DNA from: Candidatus Omnitrophota bacterium
GTDB taxonomy: Bacteria > Omnitrophota > Gorgyraeia > Gygaellales > Profunditerraquicolaceae
DNA length: 64,000 bases
Assembly: GCA_043800555.1 (NCBI GenBank)
Contig: JAZDMX010000008.1
Location: 5,340-69,339 of the forward strand
Reading direction: 5' to 3'
A program made the translations under genes and the position numbers. The stretch's first letter is position 1, and the number at the start of each line of letters is the position of its first letter. Below the pieces are notes generated by a model. The model searched no databases. It had not been told where the DNA came from and was given only the letters and a program-made list of their open reading frames with translations. Below, piece after piece: positions 10,138 through 20,238 of the stretch.

Positions 10138-10725
10138 CTATTCTTTCTCCAGATGGCTGTCCACATAAACCGCCAGCAGCTCGGCTACCTTGGGCGGAGG
10201 GGTAACATTAAAATAATGGTCTATAATCGCATGGCCCATTTCATGGGCAATTACCGAGTCTGTAATGTCCTGCATTGAGGAAAAGATCATCTCGAGGTTA
10301 TGGATGTAAAAAGACCGGTAATTTTGCCGGGAACCGAAAATACGGTAATATTCGTTATTCAGCTCTTCGCGGTTATTGAAAACCTTGATTTTCAGGTTCA
10401 TATACGGCGGGTTCATCGCCAGTATCCTTTTTGCCCTTAGGAGTATTGATTCCAGCCGGGCAGTGATCCGGTTTTCTATCCTATATGCCGGGTTAGCAAA
10501 CAGGTCTTTTTCCACCGTTGAAACCGAAAAGTAACGGCTGCGCAGCCGGCTCTCCAGCTTGCGGAGATTGGTATCGGCGGGGTATAACAAAGTCACCTCT
10601 CTGCCTTTAGCGGCCAGCCAATCCGGCGTTTCGCTGAACGCATAGCTCTGCCCGGCTAAAGCCTTCCCGGCTTGCCCTGTTAACATGACCCCGCAGAAAA
10701 TCAAGATTATTATACGCGTCTTCAT
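10138..10725 (-). CDS. Secreted HEXXH (zincin-like) protein
   Basis: Signal peptide ending GKALA; VIAHEMGHAIIDHYF with a downstream AE. Confidence 0.7.
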   Translation of the reverse strand: MKTRIIILIFCGVMLTGQAGKALAGQSYAFSETPDWLAAKGREVTLLYPADTNLRKLESRLRSRYFSVSTVEKDLFANPAYRIENRITARLESILLRAKRILAMNPPYMNLKIKVFNNREELNNEYYRIFGSRQNYRSFYIHNLEMIFSSMQDITDSVIAHEMGHAIIDHYFNVTPPPKVAELLAVYVDSHLEKE

Positions 10726-10756
10726 CTATATTAATAGACGGCTGGCCTCCGGTAAT

Positions 10757-11302
10757 CTAACAGTTAAATTTCTTCAACTGGCTTTTGATCATCTCTATTT
10801 TCTCCCGTTCTTTGGAATCCAGGGCAAAAACAGGTATGCTTTCGATTTCCCTGCGTATCTGGCCTATGTTATCGTGTATGGCCTTGGCCATTTGATTCAA
10901 AGAGTCCACAAGGTCCTGCAATTCGTCTTTTTGGCGTATATGGAAGCTTACCCCGAAGTTCCCGTTGGCAATTTCAGCGATATCCTTTTTTATCCGGACC
11001 AGCGGCCCGGCAATGCGGTGGGAAGTAAGCAAAGTGATTATGATTGTCGCGATGGCCGAGGCGATAACCGCTATCAGGCTGCTTAGCAATAAGAGCGGCA
11101 GCAGGAAATCCGCGGTGCTTTGGATTTGCAGGCGCGAATTCTGAAATACCGTGGTTGTGGCTGAGGCGCTTGACCAATAGACAATCGCCGAAAGCGCCAG
11201 CGACGAAAGGATGGTCACCGCGCAAAATTTGAGGATAAACCCCCGCTGGAACTGCATCCTGACGATGCGCAGCCTCCTGCGCTTTTGGAAATCATTCTTC
11301 AT
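10757..11302 (-). CDS. Two-TM membrane protein with a HAMP domain (no kinase or MCP output)
   Basis: Two hydrophobic helices, then SHRIAGPLVRI..IANGNF..IRQKDELQDLVDSLNQM; start placed at the ATG after AGGAGG overlapping the upstream stop. Confidence 0.75.
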   Translation of the reverse strand: MKNDFQKRRRLRIVRMQFQRGFILKFCAVTILSSLALSAIVYWSSASATTTVFQNSRLQIQSTADFLLPLLLLSSLIAVIASAIATIIITLLTSHRIAGPLVRIKKDIAEIANGNFGVSFHIRQKDELQDLVDSLNQMAKAIHDNIGQIRREIESIPVFALDSKEREKIEMIKSQLKKFNC

Positions 11303-11813
11303 TCGCCCCTCCTTCATTGACCCGCGCGGTATTTAAATTTATGCTGTTTAAGGTATCGTCATACTTATGTATTTTTGCCTCCTGCTTTAAGCCTTTAATC
11401 CAGAGGTCCAGCAGCGCCTGGGCGTTCTCTTTCTTTTGCGCGTCATTCTCCCCTTTTGCCGCGGCCAGGAATTCCGCGCCTTTTATGTTGATCAGCCTTT
11501 TGATAAGCGCCTGTTTCCAGTAATTCTCGACCTCTTTCATAAAATCCCTGTTTTTATCCAGGCCCATCCGCTCTGCCTGCTGTAAAATAAGCTCATTAGT
11601 GACAATGTCGTTATAAAGCTGTTCCTTGATTGCCCCGGAATTGTCATTCTGGAGCATATAGGGCAGGTTCAACTTTGCCTCCTGCATAAAATCATCCACG
11701 GTCAGCTGGTAGTTATTTATTTGCGCGACTACCTGCTTTTTGCCGGCCGGCGCCTTAGCGCATCCGGCGAAGAGCGCGGCAATTAGCAGAAGCAATATGA
11801 TTAGTCTGTTCAT
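11292..11813 (-). CDS. Lipoprotein with a SurA/PrsA N-terminal chaperone-like domain, no parvulin domain
   Basis: Lipobox LFAGC; VVAQINNYQLTVDDF; ELILQQAERMGLDK; WIKGLKQEAKI. Confidence 0.7.
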   Translation of the reverse strand: MNRLIILLLLIAALFAGCAKAPAGKKQVVAQINNYQLTVDDFMQEAKLNLPYMLQNDNSGAIKEQLYNDIVTNELILQQAERMGLDKNRDFMKEVENYWKQALIKRLINIKGAEFLAAAKGENDAQKKENAQALLDLWIKGLKQEAKIHKYDDTLNSINLNTARVNEGGANEE

Positions 11814-11860
11814 TTTTATCTCCTTTTTAACTTTTATATTCTATCATAGCTTTCATTTCT

Positions 11861-11892
11861 TCCACAACACCTTTATCATCCATAAACCCTGT
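11861..11892. repeat. Direct repeat (left copy) bounding AbiE cassette C
   Basis: tccacaacacctttatcatccataaaccctgt; 28/32 identical to 13631-13662. Confidence 0.8.
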
Positions 11893-12770
11893 TATTTAAC
11901 ACCTTCCATTGCCATATTAATTCGTTCGAGTGCCTTATCCAAATCGAAATTTTCGCGCTCAGCTGGAGATAGGACGTCGAATAACTCGGTTTTGATGCGA
12001 AAGCGCATATCTTCAATCTCAGTATTTTTACGCCCCATATTGACGGAATATTTCGTTAAATCCAAATCCCCGCCATCTTCCCCTATTTTCTTCTTAAAAA
12101 GTTTAACTACCTCTTTATCCGCAATATTGAATTTGTTGCGGAGAAGAAAATCAAGATCGTAAAAATCGCGCGGGGCAATAGGTTCTCTTAGGGCCGCGGC
12201 GCGAAGTTTCTCGCTTACGATTTCATTAAGAGACAGGCAGGCGGCCTTGCCTCCGTCAAAAAGAGGCTCTCCCGTAAATGGATGCGTATACGTATGATGA
12301 ATCTGCTTTTTTTCTACCGGATCAATAGGGTTAAATCTTAAGCCGACTTCAAACTTAATTTGTCCTTTGTTCGGGCGCAGGGCTGATTGATAAGAAAAAT
12401 AATACACATATTGTTTTGACTCGTCCCTCCCGGGATTTCCAGCGTCAACAATCTTCATATCGAACTGTTCCACAAATTTTGAGATCTTATCCTTTACGGG
12501 TTGGATACATTTTCTCCGCTCTCCTCGGGTCGCCTCATACCGCGGAAGCTTCATGCTAAAATCAAGGTCTTCGCTCAAACGATAATATGCGTAATAAATC
12601 TTATTCAGGCAGGTCCCGCCCTTAAAAACGAGGTCTTCGGTAAGTTCGTGTACCCGGGAAAGGACCAAAGTCAAATAGTAATCTTTCTCCAACAAAGGCG
12701 GCAGAAATCCTTTTTTCTTTGCCGCCCTTTCCAATGTTTTTACAAATTCATCTTTATTTTTGTGAATCAT
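11892..12770 (-). CDS. AbiEii/AbiGii-family nucleotidyltransferase toxin (type IV TA)
   Basis: LEKDYY, FKGGTCL, RLSEDLDF, EKLRAA, RDFYD; start moved to MIHKNK, overlapping the antitoxin stop. Confidence 0.9.
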   Translation of the reverse strand: MIHKNKDEFVKTLERAAKKKGFLPPLLEKDYYLTLVLSRVHELTEDLVFKGGTCLNKIYYAYYRLSEDLDFSMKLPRYEATRGERRKCIQPVKDKISKFVEQFDMKIVDAGNPGRDESKQYVYYFSYQSALRPNKGQIKFEVGLRFNPIDPVEKKQIHHTYTHPFTGEPLFDGGKAACLSLNEIVSEKLRAAALREPIAPRDFYDLDFLLRNKFNIADKEVVKLFKKKIGEDGGDLDLTKYSVNMGRKNTEIEDMRFRIKTELFDVLSPAERENFDLDKALERINMAMEGVK

Positions 12771-13554
12771 TGATGATAACTCTCCACTTCTTATTGAGCG
12801 TGCCTTTACGTGATCCGGTAAACGTAGTAACCGCGGTTTTTTTAACGCTATCAACAAGAGGTTTTAGCATGGCTTCCGTAAGGTTCGATTCATCAAGAAT
12901 CAGCCCAATACGTTTCCTCGTTTTTATATTAGGGAATAGCGCGGCATATTCCACCAGCTTTTTAATATCGCATTTCTTTTCTATGACAAATTGCTTTAAT
13001 ACTTCTCCGGCAGTTTTGATTCCGCCAACGGGCTTATTAAAATAAATCAAGTCGATCAATGTCCGTTCTTTGGAACTAATAATGACATCGGCGTCCTTAA
13101 CCTTAATTGTTTCCAGGCCATAAAAACGGCTTTCCGGAATCCTTATGAATTTGTAGGAAATACCACAGATAACCTTTTCTATCCGGATAGTAGTATTAAG
13201 AATGTAAACCGTCTGAAAGAGTTGCTCGGTAAAGCCGTAATAATTGAACAGGGTCGAATAGCCAACGTAATAATTCTTTTTAGGGAAAAAGAGCGGCGGG
13301 ATAAGCAATTCATCGATGCCGGTTCCTTCCGGGCCAGCCTCAAGCGGCGAGAACGCATAGGTGCCGCGTTTAATAGCAGTAAGTATTTTCTTCTTCTTGA
13401 GCCGGAAAACAATCTGTTTTCTATCTGCGGGGGAAAGCTTAAACAGGCGATCGAGATATTCGACTGTGACAATCGTCTTCTTTTCGTATGTTAAACGGGC
13501 GACGATATTGGTCTCAATCGGCCCTAAAGTTTTAGATGTATTATTCGGTATCAT
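12754..13554 (-). CDS. AbiEi-family antitoxin / transcriptional regulator (COG5340-like)
   Basis: N-terminal wHTH (LKKKKILTAIKRGTY), YYVGYSTLFNYYGFTEQ, SSKERTLIDL, KKWRVIIN; overlaps the toxin gene. Confidence 0.88.
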   Translation of the reverse strand: MIPNNTSKTLGPIETNIVARLTYEKKTIVTVEYLDRLFKLSPADRKQIVFRLKKKKILTAIKRGTYAFSPLEAGPEGTGIDELLIPPLFFPKKNYYVGYSTLFNYYGFTEQLFQTVYILNTTIRIEKVICGISYKFIRIPESRFYGLETIKVKDADVIISSKERTLIDLIYFNKPVGGIKTAGEVLKQFVIEKKCDIKKLVEYAALFPNIKTRKRIGLILDESNLTEAMLKPLVDSVKKTAVTTFTGSRKGTLNKKWRVIINDSQK

Positions 13555-13630
13555 AGGTTATCTCCGGCATAACTTTCGTACCCTTTTTATACATATCAAG
13601 TTTACCACAACTTTTCCCCCTCTCAATCCC

Positions 13631-13662
13631 TCCACAACCCCTTTATCATCCATCAGCTCTGT
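13631..13662. repeat. Direct repeat (right copy) bounding AbiE cassette C, inside a gene-tail remnant
   Basis: tccacaacccctttatcatccatcagctctgt; minus strand reads ..KHLERLTELMDDKGVVEG. Confidence 0.8.
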
Positions 13663-13779
13663 GAGGCGCTCTAGGTGTTTTATCTGTTTGCGCAAGCTTC
13701 CCGGGCTAATCTTTTCAAAGGTATTTACTACCCAATTATCCCCTTTATCTCATCTACAATTGTATTTTACCATAATTTT

Positions 13780-15153
13780 TTACCTTGAAAACTCCCGAAA
13801 AATAATGACACTAATTGTTTTAAGGATGATCTGGACATCTAAAAAGAAAGACATATTCTTTAGGTAAAACATATCATATTGGAATTTTTCAAGGGCCGAT
13901 TCCTTTGACGCGCTATAAGAATAACGCACCTGCGCCCATCCGGTAAGCCCCGGCTTAACGGTATGTCTTAACGAATAATAAGGGATGCTTTCCGCATAAT
14001 CCCTGGATAAGCTAACCGCTTCCGGCCTTGGCCCGACAAGGCTCATATCTCCTATAAAAATATTCCAAAGCTGCGGTAGTTCATCAAAGCGCACCTTACG
14101 GATAAACCTTCCAACCCGAGTAATTCTGGCGTCATTCGTTGAGGTATAGATTCCTCCGTCCTTCTTCTCGGCGCCAACTACCATGGAACGGAACTTATAC
14201 ATCAAGAACTCCTTGCCATTTTCGCCAATACGAGGCTGCTTGTAAATCACCGGGCCTCGCGATTCAATCTTTATGGCTAAGGCAACAATAAGCATAATAG
14301 GCAAAGAGATAACCAGTCCAATCATTGACAAAATAATGTCAAACCATCTTTTGCACTGTAAATATATATGGCTCGACATCGCTGAAAATGAAGAAAAAAT
14401 AAGCCATCCTTTGCGGATATGTGAAACAGGGATTTTTCCCGTTAACTCTTCGGAAAGATAAGCAACGTCTGTAACCTGAATATGCCTCATCTTAACGGCC
14501 AATAAGGTATCCCAAAGCGCAGGGGACTTTTCGTGCGTAATCGCCACAACTACAAGATCAACCAGCGCATCCTTGCTTAACGACAACAAAACATCTGTTC
14601 CACCCAATACCTTAACCCCATGGATCAGATCGCCTCGTTTACCGGCATCGTCATCAATAAATCCCACCATTTCATAATCGCGCTTACCTTTGAGGACATC
14701 ATAAATGTGCTTCCCGGAGTGACCTGCGCCGACAATAACCATCCTTTTCTTGGAAAAACCCGTCACAAGATAATCTTCAAAAATAAACCTCCAGAAAAGA
14801 ACAAATAATGAAGTATAAAATGCGCTTAAAAGTGCGATGCCGCGGCCGACCTTAAGAAGAGGAATTGAATAAGAAAGTACGGCGGTGAAAAGAAAGCTGA
14901 AGAATACTGCTACGATGAAACGGGAAACAAAATATGAGCTTCTGAACCGCTGGTGTCCTTCGTAAAGTTTAAAAATATAAAAATTCACCAAATAGGTCGC
15001 TACTAGTATTGCTACAGGGAGCTGATAAGAGATAAATGCGCGATGAAAGCTGCCATAACGAGTAAAGCTAGAAAGCGCGAAAGCCAGGAAGATAGCAGAG
15101 ATATCCCCGAGTACTAAAATTGGTAATTTTATACGGTTCCCGACTTTATGCAT
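13780..15153 (-). CDS. Initiating undecaprenyl-phosphate sugar phosphotransferase (WcaJ/WbaP-like)
   Basis: Four N-terminal TMs, [45 protein letters not shown]. Confidence 0.95.
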   Translation of the reverse strand: MHKVGNRIKLPILVLGDISAIFLAFALSSFTRYGSFHRAFISYQLPVAILVATYLVNFYIFKLYEGHQRFRSSYFVSRFIVAVFFSFLFTAVLSYSIPLLKVGRGIALLSAFYTSLFVLFWRFIFEDYLVTGFSKKRMVIVGAGHSGKHIYDVLKGKRDYEMVGFIDDDAGKRGDLIHGVKVLGGTDVLLSLSKDALVDLVVVAITHEKSPALWDTLLAVKMRHIQVTDVAYLSEELTGKIPVSHIRKGWLIFSSFSAMSSHIYLQCKRWFDIILSMIGLVISLPIMLIVALAIKIESRGPVIYKQPRIGENGKEFLMYKFRSMVVGAEKKDGGIYTSTNDARITRVGRFIRKVRFDELPQLWNIFIGDMSLVGPRPEAVSLSRDYAESIPYYSLRHTVKPGLTGWAQVRYSYSASKESALEKFQYDMFYLKNMSFFLDVQIILKTISVIIFREFSR

Positions 15154-15156
15154 AAT

Positions 15157-16200
15157 TTATCTCGTAACAGGCAGATCAGAAAGTTTGATTCTTAAATGTT
15201 TTCTCAATATCCAAAAATCAAGTATACCTCGTAAATAATTAAATCCAAAAGTGAAGTGTATTAAAATAAACGCCCAGACAAGTAACGGGAATAGCCTCCA
15301 ATCTTTTCCAAAAGAAAGTTTTACCGAAGCCACGATATTAGCCAAAAGATATGCTCCAATATCCAAACACAATAAAAAACCAAAGACCGTATAAAATATG
15401 CTTCCTAGACTTAGAAACAGCACTGAAGCAACAAATAACGCCGGAATAAATTGACGAACAGTAAACACCCCGCCAAGCTTAACCGCTGTAAATGCTTTAA
15501 AATAGCCATACTGAGAATACATCCTCACCATTTTTCTAAATGTCTCCCGAGCATAATAATAGGATACGATATCAGGCACTAATAATATTTTTCCACCATT
15601 TTTTATGATTCTATGATTCAATTCCGAATCTTGGGCGCGCACCATATCTTCATCAAAAAGGCCAACTTTATCAAAGGTTTTTTTAAAAAAACACCCAAAC
15701 GGCACAGTTTCTACATAGGTCGGCTCTTTTACTCCCAACTTATAAGAAACGTTTCCGACGCCGAACCCGCATGAGGTCGCCTTTGCAATAGCCTGAGCAA
15801 TCAAAGTATCTGCACCCGGTAAGGTTATCCATATTCCTCCAACATTATCTACTCTATATTCGTTAAGATATTTAACGCACTTTGAAATATAATCTTTAGG
15901 ATATTTATTATGCGCATCCATACGAATAATAATTTCTCCCTTCGCCTGACGAATAAGGATATTCAAACCCGAAGGAACGATCATCTTGGGATTATCAAGC
16001 CAACGCACTAGCGGAAATTTCAGTACATAATTATCAAGGATCTTTCGAGTGCCATCAATACTTCTTCCATCGGCAACAAGAATTTCCATCTGATTCTGAG
16101 GATAATCCTGCGTCAAAACAGAATTAAGGCATTTACCGATGAATTTTTCTTCGTTTCGGCAAGGGATTATTATTGAAACTAGTGGGATATTATTTTCCAT
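15157..16200 (-). CDS. GT2 glycosyltransferase (ExoA-like)
   Basis: VSIIIPCRNEE, DGRSIDGT, RMDAH, TVPFG, C-terminal TMs. Confidence 0.92.
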   Translation of the reverse strand: MENNIPLVSIIIPCRNEEKFIGKCLNSVLTQDYPQNQMEILVADGRSIDGTRKILDNYVLKFPLVRWLDNPKMIVPSGLNILIRQAKGEIIIRMDAHNKYPKDYISKCVKYLNEYRVDNVGGIWITLPGADTLIAQAIAKATSCGFGVGNVSYKLGVKEPTYVETVPFGCFFKKTFDKVGLFDEDMVRAQDSELNHRIIKNGGKILLVPDIVSYYYARETFRKMVRMYSQYGYFKAFTAVKLGGVFTVRQFIPALFVASVLFLSLGSIFYTVFGFLLCLDIGAYLLANIVASVKLSFGKDWRLFPLLVWAFILIHFTFGFNYLRGILDFWILRKHLRIKLSDLPVTR

Positions 16201-16330
16201 ATTTTCTAATTAGCTAGCACCTTTAGTAATATCTTAAAGGCAAATGTTCTATTTTCCAGCGATAACGTTTTTTCAGACATACGGTTATATTAATTTAGTA
16301 ATAAGCAATAGAGCTAGTATTTTTTCAATA

Positions 16331-16945
16331 CTAATTTTGGTAGACCTGCATTAATTCCGCACATATTTTTTCGCTATTAAAATCTCTTATTATCTTATCT
16401 CTGCCAGAGATACTCAGCTTATTATAGTATACAGTATCATTAATCAATGTTTCTATAGCATTCGCTAATTCTTCGGCAGAACTTGGATTGACTAATATTC
16501 CCTCATTGTATCCGACTAATTCCGAAATTGATCCTGTCTTAGTTGAAATAACCGGAATACCATTGGCCATTGCTTCCATTAATGCCACGGGAATCCCTTC
16601 ATGTTCACCAGCCCTTAATACTACACTAGGCAATACAACAGAATCTATATCTCCTTTTTGATACATATCAATTATTTGTTCATGCGGAAGACATCCCTTA
16701 AACTCTATACAGTCAAGCAATCCGTATTTAGTAACTATTGTTTTTAATTCTGATTCCAACGGTCCGGTACCAGCTATAAGATATCTTATTCTTAATGATT
16801 TATGCTTAAGTATACCGCACGCTTCAATCATATAACAATGACCTTTTATTGGCAATAGGTTAGCGGGTGTTATTATAGTAAATATTTTCTTACTTACTCC
16901 ACTTCCTCCTTTTTTATTTAGGCAGAAGGATTCTTGAATACGCAC
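16331..16945 (-). pseudogene. GT4 glycosyltransferase, C-terminal half only (WcaL-like)
   Basis: EGIPVALMEAMANGIPVIST present; only 204 aa and starts about 12 nt after the upstream stop, so the N-terminal Rossmann domain is missing. Confidence 0.7.
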
Positions 16946-16957
16946 CTCTACTAAATA

Positions 16958-18109
16958 TCAAGATATTAAGTTACTCACTTTCGATATATAATCGATTGCT
17001 ATTTTATCCCATGTCAAATTTTGTTTAGCATATTCCTGCGCATTTTTACCTTTAATAGGAATCTCAGCACGATGATCAAAAATAAATTTTAACGTCTCAA
17101 AAATAGAATTTACATTTGCATCACATAGCCAGCCACCATCGCCATTGCGTATAATTTCTTGCATGTTAGTTCCTGGGGTTACCACGCAAGGCTTCCCCAT
17201 CGCCATTGCTTCGATCACAGCGGTCGGCATACCCTCATAACGAGATGTATGAACAAAGACATCAAAACTTGACATAGCGCGCCATTTATCTTCACCGCCT
17301 AATGCCCCAGACAAAATAACACGATCAGAGAAATTTCCGAGTCGCATCAACAGTCGATTGAAGATTTGTTGATCTCTCGATGAGAAGAAGCTACCGACTA
17401 TTACCAGCTTCCATCTTAAATTAGGGAATTGAGCCCCGACAATAGAAAAAGAGTTTAATAAAAGATCAATGCCCTTGTGATCAATATCTATTCTTCCGAT
17501 AAAACCAAATATTAAACAATTATCACTGCTACTGCTTTTCATATAAATCTTGGAGAAGCTCTCAAAAGATATACCATTGGGAATGACCGTAGTCATCTTG
17601 CCCGGATAGCGTTTTTTCACTATTTTTTCTTCTGCTTCATTCAAAACATAAACTGCAGTCGCTTGGCGCATGAAAGTATCAAAAAACAATACATTACCGA
17701 AAAACTTCTTTAAAGGTTTCCTTCTTTGAGCTCCGTCAAATAAACCACCATGCGGCGATACTATATACTTCCATCCTTTTCGTACTATCAAACGAGCAAG
17801 AGCGCTATGAAAAGGCCTGTAAACTCCATGAAAATGAACAATATCCGGATGACCAAACTCGGTTAAAATCTTATCAATCCATACATTATCCAGAAAAAAT
17901 GGATTTTGATGCTCCTTTTTTAGCCCTTTGATTAAAATAATCTTCTTATGCAAGAAGAGTTTCTCTTTTAAAACTTCTTCAGCCAGTGAACACAATACGC
18001 AAACATGACAATCAGCAGTATCAACTAATGCTTTCGTCAATTCGACGACATAGTTTGAAACACCTGAAAACCTATCAAACCGAATTGGGGCAACGTGCAA
18101 TATATTCAT
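16958..18109 (-). CDS. GT4 glycosyltransferase
   Basis: MNILHV, SPHG, FIGRIDIDHKGIDLL, SRYEGMPTAVIEAMAMG. Confidence 0.93.
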   Translation of the reverse strand: MNILHVAPIRFDRFSGVSNYVVELTKALVDTADCHVCVLCSLAEEVLKEKLFLHKKIILIKGLKKEHQNPFFLDNVWIDKILTEFGHPDIVHFHGVYRPFHSALARLIVRKGWKYIVSPHGGLFDGAQRRKPLKKFFGNVLFFDTFMRQATAVYVLNEAEEKIVKKRYPGKMTTVIPNGISFESFSKIYMKSSSSDNCLIFGFIGRIDIDHKGIDLLLNSFSIVGAQFPNLRWKLVIVGSFFSSRDQQIFNRLLMRLGNFSDRVILSGALGGEDKWRAMSSFDVFVHTSRYEGMPTAVIEAMAMGKPCVVTPGTNMQEIIRNGDGGWLCDANVNSIFETLKFIFDHRAEIPIKGKNAQEYAKQNLTWDKIAIDYISKVSNLIS

Positions 18110-18110
18110 A

Positions 18111-18560
18111 TTTTATCTTGATAGAATGGAAACATAGTCTGGATAAAAATATTGTTGACTTGATAGATAAAAACATAGTATGCTTAAGACACAAACGCAA
18201 AGCCCCCAAATAAACCTCGTTTTTATATCATTTGATAATAACAAAAAACTCGTAATTAAAACAGGCTCTCATATGCTTAACAATTCCCCACCACGAGCAG
18301 AAATTATTGCCATATCATTAAAGAGCAGTCTCCAAACAAGTCCACCGCAATACAATAAAAAAACAAATTGAAGTATTTAACTTTATTAGATAAAATTTCG
18401 CGAAGAAAAAGAGCAATACCAACAATAAGATATGATTGAATCATACTTGGACGTAAAATTCCTAAAGCATAACCATATCTTTCATTGCCATAATAATTTA
18501 TTCCTTTATCAATCAAATCATTCGACGAATTAAATATTGGTAACCAACCGCTGGTATCAG
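18111..18560 (-). pseudogene. EpsG-like (Wzy) polymerase C-terminal remnant with a frameshift and an in-frame stop
   Basis: ORF 18304-18516 (YGYALGILRP..) shifts frame into GGLVWRLLFNDMAIISARGGELLSI*EPVLITSF..YPDYVSILSR*, ending 1 nt before the next ATG. Confidence 0.6.
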
Positions 18561-18603
18561 AATCATTTTTTTCTAAAATAGTGGATTTACGAAACGTTGG
18601 TAG

Positions 18604-19191
18604 CTATGTGATTAATTGACCAAAGTGTTTTTTAAATCCGCTGAGCCTTTGACTAAACAACGAATCATTTCTTGGCTGACTGCAAATAATTATTGCTTTT
18701 TCATCACAATTAAACGCCTTTTGCAGTATAACTTTGAACCCCTCAGATGTTGCCAATAGATATGTAAAATAATTATATTTCATGTTTTCGTAACCCTTTT
18801 CAAGATTACCGATAGTTTTTAAAGGCATGCCATGCCAAAGATTAACAACTATCTGGTTATCGCCAGGCTCTATAGGGTATTTACCGAAGCAATAAAAGAA
18901 ATATTTCGATGTAAAAAAATGAAATAATCCTAAAAACTCATTAGTTACAATTACATTATGAAGATTTTTAGACTGTATATCTTTTGATTCATTTGTACTA
19001 CACACTATTATATATCTATTATTAAATCCATTGTCAATTAAATAACCAAAAAGCGCCCTAACATTCTCTCTAAAACCGAAATTCGAATAAAGCATTATCT
19101 TATTAGGCTTCTTCGGAATTATTCGGTTAATAAAATTAAATATTATAAATAATTTTTTTATTAGAGTTCTATGCTTGTTTAGAGTAACCAT
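18604..19191 (-). pseudogene. CDP-glycerol/ribitol phosphotransferase (TagB/TagF family), C-terminally truncated
   Basis: VVNLWHGMPLKTIG and QPRNDSLF; stops before the family's PTWR/FR region; 195 aa. Confidence 0.75.
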
Positions 19192-19269
19192 CGAGTCCTG
19201 TCCATCAATTACAAGCTTTCCGCAAATTAATTTCGTTGCTAGTCAAACTTAGTTACTGCCTATTTATTT

Positions 19270-20238
19270 TCAGATCTGGCGCAAAATTATTCTTTTAAAC
19301 AAACGAAACAATTTAACAATGGGTATAGGTAGAAAAGTTAATAAAAGTAACAACAACCTTTTGTTTTTGAAACTAGTTGTTCTGTTTTCAATTAGTAACT
19401 GTCTAGCGGTATTAATTTCTCCCTTTACTATACACCTGCCTGCTCGTTCGATTTCTTTCATACTGATATACTCAGCTAAATATACTTTATTCTCATCCGA
19501 TATCTCAGAATCTAAAATTGCTTCACGGGCGGTTTTTACAAATCTATACTGAGTTATTGAATAGTCTGTAGGAGATACCCTATTCAACGCGTTTCTATAA
19601 TATACAGCTCCTATAACATTACTAAAAGCTATTGAATATTTCAAACTTACTCGTAGCCACATGTCAAGATCTCCACCGAGCTTTTCCCCAACCGGAAACT
19701 TACCAGCTGTATCAAATACTGTTTTAGGAATAACGGTAGCAGAAGAACAGACGGGTGGATTACCCAACGCTGATTCAAAATAATTAGGTATTATGCCTTC
19801 CCATGGATATCTTGGAATAGCTTTGAATTTAACTCTTACTATCTGGCCGTTTGGCTCTTTTCTTTCATATGCTGTAGCATAAGCTCCTGCATTTGGGTAA
19901 TTGGTTTTTAGCCTCAAAATCGTTTCAAGAAATTGAGGTTTCCATTCATCGTCAGCATCTAGAAATGCAATTAAACTTGTCTTTACCTCATCTATCCCCC
20001 TGTTTCTTGCAGCACATTCTCCCTGATTTCTCTGTTGGATAATTCTAATCCTATCATCCCGTATCTTTTTAATAACTTTTGCGCTATTGTCGGTTGAGCC
20101 ATCGTCAATAACAATAATCTCAAAATCTTGTATAGTTTGACTTAGGACTGAATTAATGGCTCTAGATATGTACCGCTCCTTATTATAAAGCGGAATAACT
20201 ACACTGATTTTAGACATTGTAATTGTATTAATTATCAA
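19270..20238 (-). CDS. GT2 glycosyltransferase
   Basis: ISVVIPLYNKE, DDGSTD, ARNRG, FLDADD. Confidence 0.93.
   Translation of the reverse strand: MIINTITMSKISVVIPLYNKERYISRAINSVLSQTIQDFEIIVIDDGSTDNSAKVIKKIRDDRIRIIQQRNQGECAARNRGIDEVKTSLIAFLDADDEWKPQFLETILRLKTNYPNAGAYATAYERKEPNGQIVRVKFKAIPRYPWEGIIPNYFESALGNPPVCSSATVIPKTVFDTAGKFPVGEKLGGDLDMWLRVSLKYSIAFSNVIGAVYYRNALNRVSPTDYSITQYRFVKTAREAILDSEISDENKVYLAEYISMKEIERAGRCIVKGEINTARQLLIENRTTSFKNKRLLLLLLTFLPIPIVKLFRLFKRIILRQI

Noticed and set aside
18265-18280. In-frame TGA in the EpsG-like remnant as recoding
   Set aside because: TGA ends intact genes in this window (for example hom and coaB), and the same remnant also has a frameshift and lacks its 5' part.
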